DNA of 64,000 nucleotides from Squalus acanthias (lineage: Eukaryota). The notes under the pieces are model-generated. The model was not told the DNA's origin and searched no databases. It worked only from the letters and a program-made list of their open reading frames with translations. Position 1 is the first letter of the stretch. Each line of letters opens with the position of its first letter. Below, piece by piece: positions 1 to 11,671 of the stretch. The DNA lies in assembly GCA_030390025.1 (NCBI GenBank), contig CM059432.1:129520001-129584000 (forward strand). Direction: 5' to 3'. A program made the translations under genes and the position numbers.

Positions 1-40
1 CCACTTGGGTGAGATACTGGAGAGCTGGCACTGTCACACG

Positions 41-875
41 GGGGATGATTTTCCCAGCCCTGGGGAGGCGGGACTGCCGGGAAAATGGCAGAATCTGGGG
101 GCGGGTACCCATCCCGCCCCCAACTTGCCTCCGTGCCATCTTCCCGGGAGGCGGGTACCCGACCCGCGCCGGGTCCCGTCTCCTCGAGGCGGGAAGGGGA
201 TTAGTGCCAATTAACTTCCTGTTAACAGGTAGTTAACAGGCAGTTTTTTTGGCTAATCCCTATTTTGAGCCTTAAAGTGTGGGCTTCCCGACGGCTCCGA
301 ACCTCGCCAGGGTCAGCGAGGCGAGCTGTGGGTCTGCGGGGGTCAGAGGGGCCGAAAAGTGCGTTGTGCAGGTGAATGATGAGTGCAAGTGTGGAGAGGT
401 ATGTGTGTGAGGTGAGTGTAAAGTGTTTTAATAAGATTACTTACCTTTGCTTCTTCCTCCAGACTTCATCCCTTTAGGCTGCGGAGCTGCCTCATCTCAC
501 CGGCAGAGAGAGCAGAATGGTCGCTGCATTCTTAAATGCAGCAACCTTCTGCTTTCTGCTCAGGAAAGCTTTCTAAGTGAGTCTTGAGTACAAGGACTCA
601 CCAAAGAACAGAGATTGTCAGTGTTTGACTGCTTCTCAAAGCTGTCAAACGATGGCAATTCATCTGTCAAAAATTTTTGACAGATGTAACAGCATACGCT
701 GACATTCTCTGTCACCGGCTTTCCCTTAATTGGCCGGCTAAGCCCACAGGGCGGGCTTAACAATGTCAATCAGAGGAAAATAGCGTGGGTTGGCCAGACG
801 TCGATGGAGGCGGGACTAAAAGCCGACAAGCAGCAGTCCCGCCTCCATCACGTCCCCATTGATAAAATCACCCCC
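41..875. mobile_element. Non-autonomous PIF/Harbinger-like TIR element
   Basis: Ends GGGGATGATTTT ... AAAATCACCCCC; first ~230 bp resemble the terminus of the coding Harbinger derivative at 60998(-) and the element at 13971; internally deleted sister copy at 18543-18832. No matching TSD seen. Confidence 0.75.
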
Positions 876-1056
876 AAAGTATAGGGCTGATGCTCTGATT
901 GCATAGAAAGCCGATAGCAGGCAAGGTCAGGCGTGCTATCCATTAATTTTAACCGACGGAAAATCGAGGGCCCCATTTCCCGATAAGCGTCGCCAGTGGA
1001 CAAGGCTCCCTGGCAGCAAGGCAAGTTCAGAAATGTCCCCCCTTTGAATCAGCGGT

Positions 1057-1201
1057 GTAGGTTTTCATCTTCCCTGCCTGGGCAGTAATCTGGCGGAGCA
1101 GATCACTTGGCCGTTACGGAACCCGCCTGATTGTTATTCCATTGAAATGAATGGAATGAAAATCAGATGAGTTCTCTAACAGGTGGGCAATCCACTCCGC
1201 C
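1057..1201. mobile_element. Degenerate fold-back MITE
   Basis: About 50-bp imperfect arms (GGCGGAG...TTCCATT / AATGGAA...CTCCGCC) around a CCATTGAAATGAATGG centre. Confidence 0.55.
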
Positions 1202-2094
1202 ACTCAATCCCACTGTCTCACAACAGGAGAGGAGAAAAGAGAAGAAAATGAGAAAAAATATTTTCACTATATCAAACCATTCATTCCCCTTCTAAATGAG
1301 TGAAAAGGAAGTTTATGTAATGGAAATGTCTAGCTACTAGACTAGCTTTTTAGTTCTTATTCACATTTTACTTCAATTACTGCAGTTAAAAAATTTACGG
1401 GCCTCTTCCTTTTTTGACCTTCACGTCCCCTGCTGAGGTTGTATACCCTTAGCACACATATATAACCAATTTAGTGCGACAATGATCACCTCCAATTGTT
1501 TTAGTTGATGTTTCAAATCACAAGCAAAGACAGAACTTGGCCAGGAGGAGGGCGGAAGTGAAATACTCAGAAATATATTCACAGCAAAACATTTTTTTAC
1601 AATGTACTTTTTGAAGCCCCTGAGAAGATCCATGAAATCTGCATGTTCTTTCCACAGTTATGAATAAATTTGCAACCGTAAATTTGGATTGACTCTTGCA
1701 AGATCCACATGCGAGAGCATAGTTTCTTGCAACTGAAGATTGAAATTTGCTGCTTTCTCGCTTGGCTATGTTATGAATAAGAATTATATTTGTTGTTCAG
1801 ATTATATCTTCCTCACTTGGTTTTCATAGAGTTTGAGCATTCCTTATGACTAGTCTATTTCTGCACCTTTAACAATATACCCTTAGCATCTGTAAAATAC
1901 TTGTTAAATAAAAAAAGTATTGAAGGCATGATTTGCCCACATCCTGGATCATGTGAAGGCACTGCAGTGAGGAAATGTCATTCTGTTGAGGATGATGCAA
2001 AAGAAGCCAACTGCTACCAACTCAAAGGAGGTCATTTTCAACTTACCACAGGAGCGTAAAACTACCCTTGGGGGGATCAACATAGAAACCACTC

Positions 2095-2193
2095 AATTTT
2101 CCTTTTCGATTGAAATCAATGGAAAGTCTAAAGCTATTTTTTCCCGATTTTTCGCTGCCAACCCGCCTCCTCAGGGCTATTAAAATCGAGCCC
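2095..2193. mobile_element. Partial MITE (right end)
   Basis: ATTGAAATCAAT centre and terminal AAAATCGAGCCC matching the Harbinger-type TIR seen elsewhere; left end not identified. Confidence 0.4.
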
Positions 2194-2200
2194 TGAGTGT

Positions 2201-3833
2201 TGTAAGGTTTCCAAAATTTGCAGATCCCCAAAACCTAAGGAAAAAGGACTTTGGAACTACCTCAGAGTGATAAAAATGATTTTGGGCCTAACATAAGGAA
2301 TTTAAGACCAAACACCAAGTTTTGGCATTTTAAAAACATGTCTGGGCCTGTAAAGGGAGAAAAGGCTGTGAAGGAAGTTGGGTTCGACCTCTGTAAAAGC
2401 AGTTTGGGTATTGCAGTTAATTGCATTGTCTGGGGAACCGGGATGATCTCACTCAAAGCCCCAGCATGCATTAACATTTTGACAATAGACCCTAGGAGAA
2501 GACAGCCCCACCCAAAACAATAGGTCCCATCAAACCGATTACAAGGCCCATCAAGAAACATGCATAATACAGAGCACCCAGGACTAGACTATAGATCAGC
2601 CTAGGAACCCAAAACACAAAACCAATCACCAGCAATCAGCCAAGAAGATCGACAGGATGCAAACCATCCCAAAAACCCATTTGACACTTACAGAGCTGTT
2701 ACTGGTAGCAGGCCCACCAAATTCAGACAATGAACTGAACAGATTTGGCGGGTAGATAAGGCCATACTCAATGGGTCAGATTGAAGGCCTGTTAAAACCC
2801 AGTTAACGTGCTAGTAAATCGTTACCGATTTACGAGCCCGCCAAAACTAGACAATGAACTGAACAGATTTGGCAGGTAGATAAGGCCACTTCAATTCTAC
2901 ACACCAGAAGAAGAAGCAGGAGGAGAAGGAAGGAGAGCCAGCGAGAAGAGGAGAGGAGAGACCAAGAAGAAGAAGGCCCGAGCTGGAAGCGAGTCGGCAT
3001 CGCTCACCACTCAGACACACCTGAGTCCAGCTCGCGAAGACACCACCTCGACGGACCTCCAACCACAGCCCCAACACAGCCACTCAGAGCAACAAGCAGC
3101 AACCAGTCACAGACGGCTCCATGAGGTCGACCGACACACCAACCAAGGCCTAAAGCCATCGCGGGAACCAAAGGCCTCACGAAACCAACAACCGCGCATT
3201 ACCCCCAACTGACCAGGTAATCGCAGGCCACTGCGACCAACAAAGACCAACTCCAGGGAAGAAAACCCGAAGAATCGCAAAGTTTCCATACTACAACTAC
3301 TCCTGACTTACCCCTGGGTAAGATTTTCCCCAAAGACTCTAAGCCTTACTGCTGAACTAAAGAAATTGGGTACTCACCAGATAAATCCATAACGACATCC
3401 TACCTCATCAGCGGACTCACGAAGACTGACCAGAGACCCAGGTGAAGTCATCTACCGCGTACGGGGTACCGCCATAAACAGCGAACCCCAAAACCATGAT
3501 TTAGCCCAACTGTCAAAGGATTGGTGAGCATTATCCCTGGTCCTTCAAAACCTAACTTAGCTAGTAAAGTGGGGTTGGGAGGGGTGAAGTATTGTTCTAC
3601 TGTCATTTCCCTCGCTTGTACCGAAGTGTTCCCCACCTTTAAAGTGATGAGTGTTATTATTTGTGTCTTACCTTTTAATAAAGATTGAAGTTCTTTCATC
3701 AAACTCAGTTGTCTGCTGCACCTTTTGTATCACAACCCCCAAACAAGTCCAAGGTCTAGAACCAAGGGAGTGGGAGCAATTCGAACCACTCAGAAGTCAG
3801 AGGTAAAGCTGACACAAAACACCACCCCCTACA
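2201..3833 (+). mobile_element. Solo LTR (Gypsy- or ERV-type), 1633 bp
   Basis: TGTAAGG...CCCTACA termini, 4-bp TSD GTGT (2197-2200, 3834-3837), AATAAA at 3677-3682, no internal coding region. Confidence 0.8.
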
Positions 3834-5540
3834 GTGTCTGTCTTCATGGAAGAAGATGCAAGAAACTTCCCGGAAATAGTGGAGAACCAAGGGTCTAGCG
3901 AGAATGAGGAACTGAAAGAAATTAGTATTAGTAAAAAAGTAGTACTGGAGAAATAAATGGGACTGAAAGCCGATAAATCCCCTGGACCTGATGGCCTGCA
4001 TCCTAGGGTTTTGAAAGAGGTGGCTATAAAGATAGTGGATGAATTAGTTGTCATTTTCCAAAATTCCATAGATTCTAGAAGAGTTACCACGGGTTGGAAG
4101 GTAGCAAATGTAACCCCACTATTAAAGAAAGGAGGGAGAGAGAAAACTGGAAACTACAGACCAGTTAGCCTAACATCAGTAGTAGGGAAAATGCTAGAAT
4201 CTATTATTAAGGATGTGGTAACAGGGCACTTAGAAAATAATAGGATTGGGCAGAGTCAACACGGATTTATGAAGAGGAAATCGTGTTTGACAAATCTGTT
4301 GGAGTTTTTTGAGGTTGTAACTAGCAGAATAGATAAGGGGGAATCAGTGGATGTGGTGTATTTGGATTTTCAGAAGGCATTCGATAAGGTGCCACACAAG
4401 AGGTTATTAAACAAAATTAGGGCTCATGGGATTGGGGGTAATATACTAGCATGGATTGAGGATTGGTTAATGGACAGAAAACAGAGAGTAGGAATAAACG
4501 GGTCATTTTTGTGTTGGCAGGCTGTAACTAGTGGGGTACCGCAAGGATCAGTGCTTGGGCCTCAGCTATTCACAATCTACATGAATGATTTGGATGAGAG
4601 GACCAAATGTAATATATCCAAGTTTGCTGATGATACAAAGCTGGGTGGGAATGTAAGTTGTGAGGAGGATGCAAAGAGGCTTCAAGGGGATATAGACAGA
4701 CTAAGTGAATGGGCAAGAACATGGCAAATGGAATATAAGGTGGAGAAATGCGAAGTTATCCACTTTGGCAGGAAAAATAGAAAAGCAGAGTATGTTTTAA
4801 ATGGTGAGAGATTGGGAAATGTTGGTGTTCAGAGGGACCTAAGTCTCCTTGTACACGAATCACTGAAATTTAACATGCAGGTACAGCAAGCAATTAGGAA
4901 AGCAAATGGTATGTTGGCCTTTATTACAAGAGGATTTGAGTATAAGAGTAAAGACGTCTTACTGCAATTATATTGGGCCCTGGTGAGACCACACCTGGAG
5001 TATTGTGTACAGTTTTGGTCTCCTTACCTAAGGAAGGATATACTTGCCATAGAGGGAGTGCAACGAAGGTTCACCAGACTGGTTCCTGGGATGGGGGGAT
5101 TGTCCTATGAGGACAGATTGAGTATATTCTCTAGAGTTTAGAAGAATGAGAGGTGATCTCATTGAAACATACAAAATTCTTACAGGACGTGACAGGGTAG
5201 ATGCAGGGATGTTTCCCCTGGCTGGGGAGTCTAGAGCCAGGGGTCACAGTCTCAGAATAAGGGATCGGCCATTTAGGACTCAGATGAGTAGTAATTTCTT
5301 CACTCAGAGGGTGGTGAATCTTTGGAATTCTCTACCCCAGAGGGCTGTGGAGGCTCAGTCGTTGAGTATATTCAAAACAGAGATCGATAGATTTTTGAAT
5401 ATTAAGGGAACCAAGGGATATGGGGATAGTGCAGGAAAGTGGAGATGGGGTAGAAGATCAGCCATGGTCTTATTGAATGGCAGAGCAGGCTCGAAGGGCC
5501 AAATGGCCTACTCCTGCTCCTATTTCTTATGTTCTTATGT
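3834..5540 (+). mobile_element. 5'-truncated CR1 LINE (RT domain and 3' tail)
   Basis: ORF 3957-5141 has KSPGPDG, YLDFQKAFDKV, GVPQGSVLGP, FADD; small deletion and frameshift near 5120; ends in TTCTTATG repeats. Confidence 0.95.
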
Positions 5541-5619
5541 AACTAACGGTAATTTCCGCGTAAACACCCAGATCACAGTATGCCATGCTTTCAGTTGCAC
5601 TGCATGAAAGAACATATTT

Positions 5620-5710
5620 GAGAGGTCGCACAACACCAGGTTATAGTCCAACAGTTTTATTTGAAATCACAAGCTTTCGGAGCTATCGATTTGCTCCTTC
5701 CTCAGGTGAT
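5620..5710 (-). mobile_element. Penelope-derived fragment (family B) with minimal hammerhead motif
   Basis: Minus strand ATCAC-CTGAGGA-A-GGAGC..GCTCC-GAAAGCTT-GTGAT; same family as 21363 and 24207. Confidence 0.7.
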
Positions 5711-6440
5711 CAAGAGTCAGTGTTGCCCGATTGGCTGCACTCATCAAGCTATCACCAACCATTACTGCCAGCCCTGGCACACCTACCTGGTGACCATGGG
5801 GAAATATCTTCTCAGTATTTGGATCAGCAGAGAGGTAGATCCAGCGCTATGTCACCTGCTGCAAGGACACCCTCAGCTACCATGAAGCGTAGAGCTGGCA
5901 CATGCAGTGGCAGTAACAAGTTAGCTGTGGCCTGAAACTTGGCTCCACCCTATCCAAGCATGCTAACTATGGGATGGTACCATGGAGTGGTACAGAGAGC
6001 AATCCTCTCGCAACCACCTCATGGAGCACCACCTCCACTTCAGCAACTATCAAACAGGGGGTTGGCTTCTGAGTTGTCCCACCACTTGTCCACAGACTTA
6101 TGCCTGCAGCTTGCCTATCTCTTTTTACCCATCTCTTCTTGGACCTCTGTCTCGTTAGCCTTGGAAAAGGCTGCTAAAGGGTTGAAATACATTTTGAGGC
6201 TCTTCAAAGTAGTCAGAATTTTTGTTCCCCTATTGCGACACCCCCCTTTAATTGTTCCCATCCCTTTAAATTTGACTTGCATGCAATCTGCCCTCTCTCC
6301 ACTAGTGCGCATCTGACACCATATGAATCTGCATCTGAATCTATGCTAAAGAACTCACTTTGGAACATTGGTGGAAATAGTCCATTCTGGCATTAAAGAC
6401 GATTCTAGCATAAACAATGCCAATATCAGAAAATCGGGGC

Positions 6441-6850
6441 AAAAAGCAAAACACTCAGATGCTGGAAATTTGAAATAAATACAGAAAATGCTCAAGATAC
6501 TCAGGTCAGGCAGCATCTGTGGAGAGAACAGACATGTTAACTGTTCAGTTGTGGAACCTCAACACAACTGAAAGATATTGCAGAAGAACAGTATTTATAA
6601 AGGAACAGAACCAGGGAAAGGGAGAAGGAAAATAACACACACACAAAAAGAAATAGAATGACATGTAAAGTGCTCAATTGGAGAACAGGAGATTGTTAAA
6701 TGGCAGGACCGATGTTAGCATGAGACAATAGGAGCCATAATGAAAGAAATCCAAGGAATGAAAGACATATATGAGATACAGAGTGTGTAAATAGCTCACA
6801 GAGGTGAGGGATAGGCTGGTAGAAAGGGAAAGATGAAAAGCTGGAAAAGC
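6441..6850 (-). mobile_element. Degenerate Penelope pLTR fragment (family A)
   Basis: GATGCTGGAAA...GGTCAGGCAGCATCTGTGGAGAG matches the reverse complement of 24680-24745; right boundary uncertain. Confidence 0.55.
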
Positions 6851-7649
6851 AGAGCAGGCTTCAGCGGCCAGTTGGAAGCAAAAAGCAGGTCCGCACCATC
6901 TCATTAGCATGGCGTTCCGACAGAGGATCCTCACCCCAAGCACTGACTCACTCCCCTTTCTCCCCTCCCCACCCCTTGGAAACACCAGCACAACCATCAG
7001 AAAATCTGTGCTTCACTGACCGAGGTAAAGGAGATGATTGACTTCTTAAGGCTACTAGTGTCATGTGTATGTGTTAGGCTCCACAAACACACCAACACAT
7101 ACTTCATTGAAGCTTTTATTGGTTTAGCAGCCGATAAACTCTTGCAGCTCTTTCAAAAACAGCAATATTAGTGTAATACAGCAGGTATTGGCACAGAGCC
7201 ATTCCTGCCATCTCTGTACCTATGCCAGTCCAGCTTGTTGGCTTGTTCTCCCACTGATTGTTCTATAGGTCTTGGCCTGACCTTATTAATTAGTACAGAA
7301 CCTTTTAGCTAGTCGCATATTGATATACATGCAACATTTCTTCCAGATTGTTACACTCAATAGCACAAACCACTTTTGTTCCCATAGTAATGTACTACAG
7401 TGTAGAACAGGGCGAGGCATCTGGCAGAATGTCTGATGAAGAAGATAAACAATAGCAAAAATGCGAATTCTCGACTTGTCACATAAGAATTTTTTTTTAC
7501 TGTGTATCAAAATAGACTTTTGGCAGAATAAAGGAATAAAAACATGATGTTAGTTCCATATATAAATAATTATTTATCGATAATGTAACAATAATGCAAA
7601 TAAAATTAATCCACATCTAAATAAAGCTGAGGATCTTCCTCTAAAATCT

Positions 7650-8010
7650 TAGTGGTATAATATAAAGCCATATAGACCAGGAAGGTTTGAAGTTTGATCC
7701 TGGGCCTATACTGAGTCACCCGATCTCAGCTGGCGCAGCACTAGAATTGGCCACAGCTTCTTTGAGTTACGGAGGTAAGATGATAGGGTTCCCGTTCTCA
7801 ATTGTTATCCAGTGACCTCCTACTGTAAAGCATATGTTTGACTGTCAAGTGAGGAAAGGATTCAGCTCATCTGTGATGGCTCACATAATTGAAAGCCCAA
7901 CATTAACTGTCTAAATTCATTCATAAAGAATTGTCACTTAGGCAAAGTACTGGAGGTGGTTGCTGCCATGCATGAAATTGTGGAATGGGTCAGCACCTTC
8001 AGGAAATAAT
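7650..8010 (+). mobile_element. Old SINE-like repeat (UCON3-like from memory)
   Basis: GCCATATAGACCAGGAAGG...GATCTCAGC...TATCCAGTGACC; diverged relatives at 1-35, 8815-8900(-), 15750-15955(-), 47650-47935(+). Confidence 0.45.
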
Positions 8011-9420
8011 TGGGTAAAGGAGAAGAATGAGGAGGAATAAATAAATTCAAGGATTTCTCTTCAGTAACTGTGATTTGTGGAGACTCCTTGACAAATATGA
8101 TAGAATTCTGTTTTCAGGGGTTGACAGGATTGGATGCCAAAGAGAAGTGATCTCCTATCAATGGTAAACATCAAAAATACAAACGAGGAGGGCAGATAAA
8201 GCTAACACTACCAAAAGAGTTAATAAAAAACAAGAATGCAAAGGTGGGACGGTTAGCACCAAAAGAATCTTGTAGTGTCTACATTTTGTTTGTGACCAAA
8301 AGGATAGCTGGAATTTATCAACCTCAGTAATGTCATCATTCTACACTACAAGAATGTTAACTTGTCCTTAAATTAATTCTTACATACACCCTCTATTGCT
8401 GACCCCTAATATTTCGAAACCATGAATAACTATTTCTGACTTTTAATCATGGGGTAATTTCTGCTTAGAGGATCAACATTTCAATCACATCCATAGAATA
8501 AATAATGATTACACAAAATTGATTGCACTTAGGCCTTAGTCAAGGTCAGAATACATCACTGATAGTTTGGCTGTCAGTTCAGTGAAACCTTCAATTTAAA
8601 TAAACAGAACTTGGCATTTTGATCAAAGAACCCATCAAAACCTAGCTGATGAGTTCCATTAATGGGCATATGACCAAGTTATGTGAAAAGGGGAGAAGTG
8701 GAAATCAAAGTATAAGTCCCCATCTTAACTGACACTCACACTCAGGGGTCCTCTTGTGTCAAAATACCATTGTTTTTTTAGTGTTGAAATACTTGACCAT
8801 TGTTTCTGGCCACGTCTGAAGGGAGCACCATTCTTCAAGTGTAAGCCAAGACAGTACGTGTTGACAAGCACTGGCTCTCACAATTGAGCCCATTTTGGTT
8901 TGTACCCAAGATACAACGTTACAAATTTGGATCTACAACAGATGCCTTCTTGGGTTCAGTGACATCAGTCACTCCCGTAAGCGGTCTGAGCGTATTAATA
9001 TTATGGGAGTTGACTCACACTGCCCCATATCTACTTGAACAAAAGCATAACCCCTTGTGACCTGATCTGGGTATCGTACACAAACTTCTTCAATCCCTCT
9101 GAAGGACGACTAAGCAAACAGTTGGTATGTCAATGCCTGAAATTAATCAATTAGCTTGTTCATTTCACAGACAAGTGAACATACAGAACAACCGTTACGA
9201 GCAGATTCACTTAGTTCAAACAGTACAACTTGTCTTTATGTAATAATACAAAATAATGAAAACGCAGGTCATCTGGCATGACTCACACAAAATAATTTCT
9301 GACTACTCTCTCCTGCAATCTGATCCACTTGAACCTTTGTTGCCAGACTATTTCACAAGATCCGTGTTTCAAAAACATAGCTGACTACCAGTGTCTGTGT
9401 CTTTGTCTTATCTTTGGTGT

Positions 9421-9884
9421 GTCAGCTGTGTTTCAGTGCTTCAGAGTCAGAAGGTTGTGGGTTCACCACCCACTCCAGGGTCTTGAGCACAAAATCTAGG
9501 TTGACACTCCAGTGCAGTACTGAGGGAGTGCTGCACTGCCGAAGGTGCCATCTTTTGGATGAGATGTTAAATCCCAGGCCCCGTCTGCCCTCTCAAGTAA
9601 GCGTAAAAGATCCCATGGCACTATTCAAAGAAGAGGAGGGGAGTTCTCCCCAATATTTATCCCTCAAACAATATCACTAAAACAGATTAGACCAAGAATT
9701 GAAAATAGGTCATTATCGCATTGCTGTTTGTGGGACCTTGCTTTGTGCAAATTGGCTGCTGCATTTCCTACATTACAACAGTGACTACACTTTAAAAGTA
9801 CTTCATTGGCTGTAAAGCGCTTTGGGACGTCCTGAGGTTGTGAAAGGTGCGATAGAAATGCAAGTTCTTTCTTCCTTCTTTCTT
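9421..9884 (+). mobile_element. Deu-domain tRNA-derived SINE (SacSINE1-like)
   Basis: Core CAGTACTGAGGGAGTGCTGCACTG...AAAGATCCCATGGCAC, L2-like 3' end, TTTC tail. Confidence 0.9.
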
Positions 9885-9939
9885 CATCTCTTGCTGTTCA
9901 CAGTAAACAGCTGCGAGGTATTTATCGTTTACCAAGACA

Positions 9940-10454
9940 AATCTAAATGGGGTAGAAGTGCAATGGGATCTGGGAGTACAAATACACAAATCACTGAAAG
10001 TAGCGACACAGGTTAACAAGACCATAAAAAAGGCAAACCAAGCACTAGGGTTTATTTCTAGAGGTATAGAATTGAAAAGTAGGGAAGTTATGCTAAACCT
10101 GTATCGAACCTTGGTTAGACCACACTTAGAGTACTGCGTACAGTTCTGGTCACCGTATTATAGAAAAGATATAGAGGCACTGGAGAGGGTGCAAAAAAGA
10201 TTTACAAGGATGATACCAGAAAAGGATCAGGAAAGGATGAACAGGCTGGGTCTCTTTTCTCTTGAAAAGAGAAGGCTGAGGGGTGACTTAATAGAGGTCT
10301 TTAAAATCATGAAAGGTTTTGATAGAGTAGATACAGAGAGAGTTTTTCCACTTGTGGGGAAGAGCAAAACTAGAGGCCATCAATATAAGATAGTCACCAA
10401 AAAAATCAATTGGGGAATTCAGAAGAAACTTCTTTACCCAGAGAGTGGTGAGAA
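9940..10454 (+). mobile_element. CR1 3' fragment, part 1 (split by CR1 at 10455)
   Basis: RPHLEYCVQFWSP...RRLRGDLIEVFK; breaks at GTGGTGAGAA and resumes at about 15342 (TGGAACTCGCTACC). Confidence 0.9.
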
Positions 10455-10589
10455 CCCGGGAGAGTTCAAAAGCAGCGGGAGCAGAGCGAGAGCTCCAAAA
10501 CCTGGGAGAGTTCAAAAGCAGAGGGAGCAGAGCGAGAGCGCCAAAACCCGGGAGAGTTCAAAAACAGCGGGAGCAGAGTGAGAGCGCCA
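10455..10589 (+). repeat. Three tandem 46-bp units at CR1 5' end
   Basis: CCCGGGAGAGTTCAAAAGCAGCGGGAGCAGAGCGAGAGCTCCAAAA units starting at 10455, 10501 and 10547. Confidence 0.9.
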
Positions 10590-10622
10590 GAGTGAAATTT
10601 TAAAACTAATTAATTAATTGAG

Positions 10623-11570
10623 ATGGGAGACCAGGCAATGTGTTGTTGTTGTTGCATGTGGGAGCTGGTGGACACCATTGAGGTCCAGGGCGACCACATC
10701 TGCAGCAAATGTTGGCTGCTCGAGGAACTTCGGCTCAGAGTTGATGAGCTGGAGTCCGAGCTTCAGACACTGTGACACATTAGGGAGGGGGAGCGTTACC
10801 TGGACATTATGTTCCAGGAGGCAGTCACACCCACTAGAATAATTACTTCCAATTTGGCCCATGGTCAGGGACAGGAGGGTGTGACTACAAGCGAGGCAGG
10901 TATTGGGATCCAGGAGGTAGTGGTGGAGGAGCCTCAGCCCTTGGCCTTGTCCAACAGGTATGAGATTCTTGCTCCCTGTGTGGACGAGGCCAGGGACTGC
11001 AGGGAGGATGAGCAAACTGACCACAGCACCGTGGTACAGGGAGCCATTCAAGTGGAGGGAGCAAAAAAAATGTTGTAGTGATTGGGGACAGTATAGTGAG
11101 GGGGATAGATACTGTTCTCTGCAGCCAAGAGCGAGAGTCCCGAAGGCTGTGTTGCCTGCCAGGGTTAAAGACATCTCCTCTGGGCTGGAGAGAAACTTGG
11201 AGTGGGAGGGGGAAGATCCAGTTGTCATAGACCACGTAGGTACCAATGACATAGGTAGGACAAAGAAAGAGGTTCTGCTAAGAGAGTATGAGCAGCTAGG
11301 GGCTAAATTAAAAAGCAGAACCACAAAGGTAATAATCTCTGGATTACTACCTGAGCCACGAGTGAATTTGCATAGGGTAAATAAGATCAGGGAAATGAAC
11401 GAGTGGCTCAAAGACTGGTGTGGGAGAAATGGGTTTTGATTTGTGGGGCACTGGCACCAGTACTGGGATAAGAGGGAGCTGTTCCGTTTGGACGGGCTTC
11501 ACTTCAACCATGCTGGGGCTAGAGTCCTGGCAAATTGAATAACTAGGGCTGTAGAGAGGGCTTTAAACTA
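10623..11570 (+). pseudogene. CR1 ORF1 (Cys-rich, coiled coil, SGNH esterase), disrupted
   Basis: HICSKC, LRVDELE, GDSIVR, HVGTNDIG, DGLH motifs spread across stops and frameshifts. Confidence 0.85.
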
Positions 11571-11671
11571 AATAGTGGGGGGGAGGATCCAGGTGAGCGG
11601 GAAAATAAAAAGTCAATGAGAAATGAGAAAGCAATAGAGCAGGCTGAGATGGGGGAAATAATAACCAGAGT

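Noticed and set aside
884..1043. Additional MITE next to 41-875
   Set aside because: Only weak terminal complementarity and no TSD.
5720..6440. Several 74-125 aa ORFs
   Set aside because: No recognisable motif; ends in AAAATCGGGGC so possibly decayed Harbinger sequence, but too weak to call.
10455..10589. CRISPR-like array
   Set aside because: Contiguous tandem units without unique spacers, at a LINE 5' end, in eukaryotic DNA.
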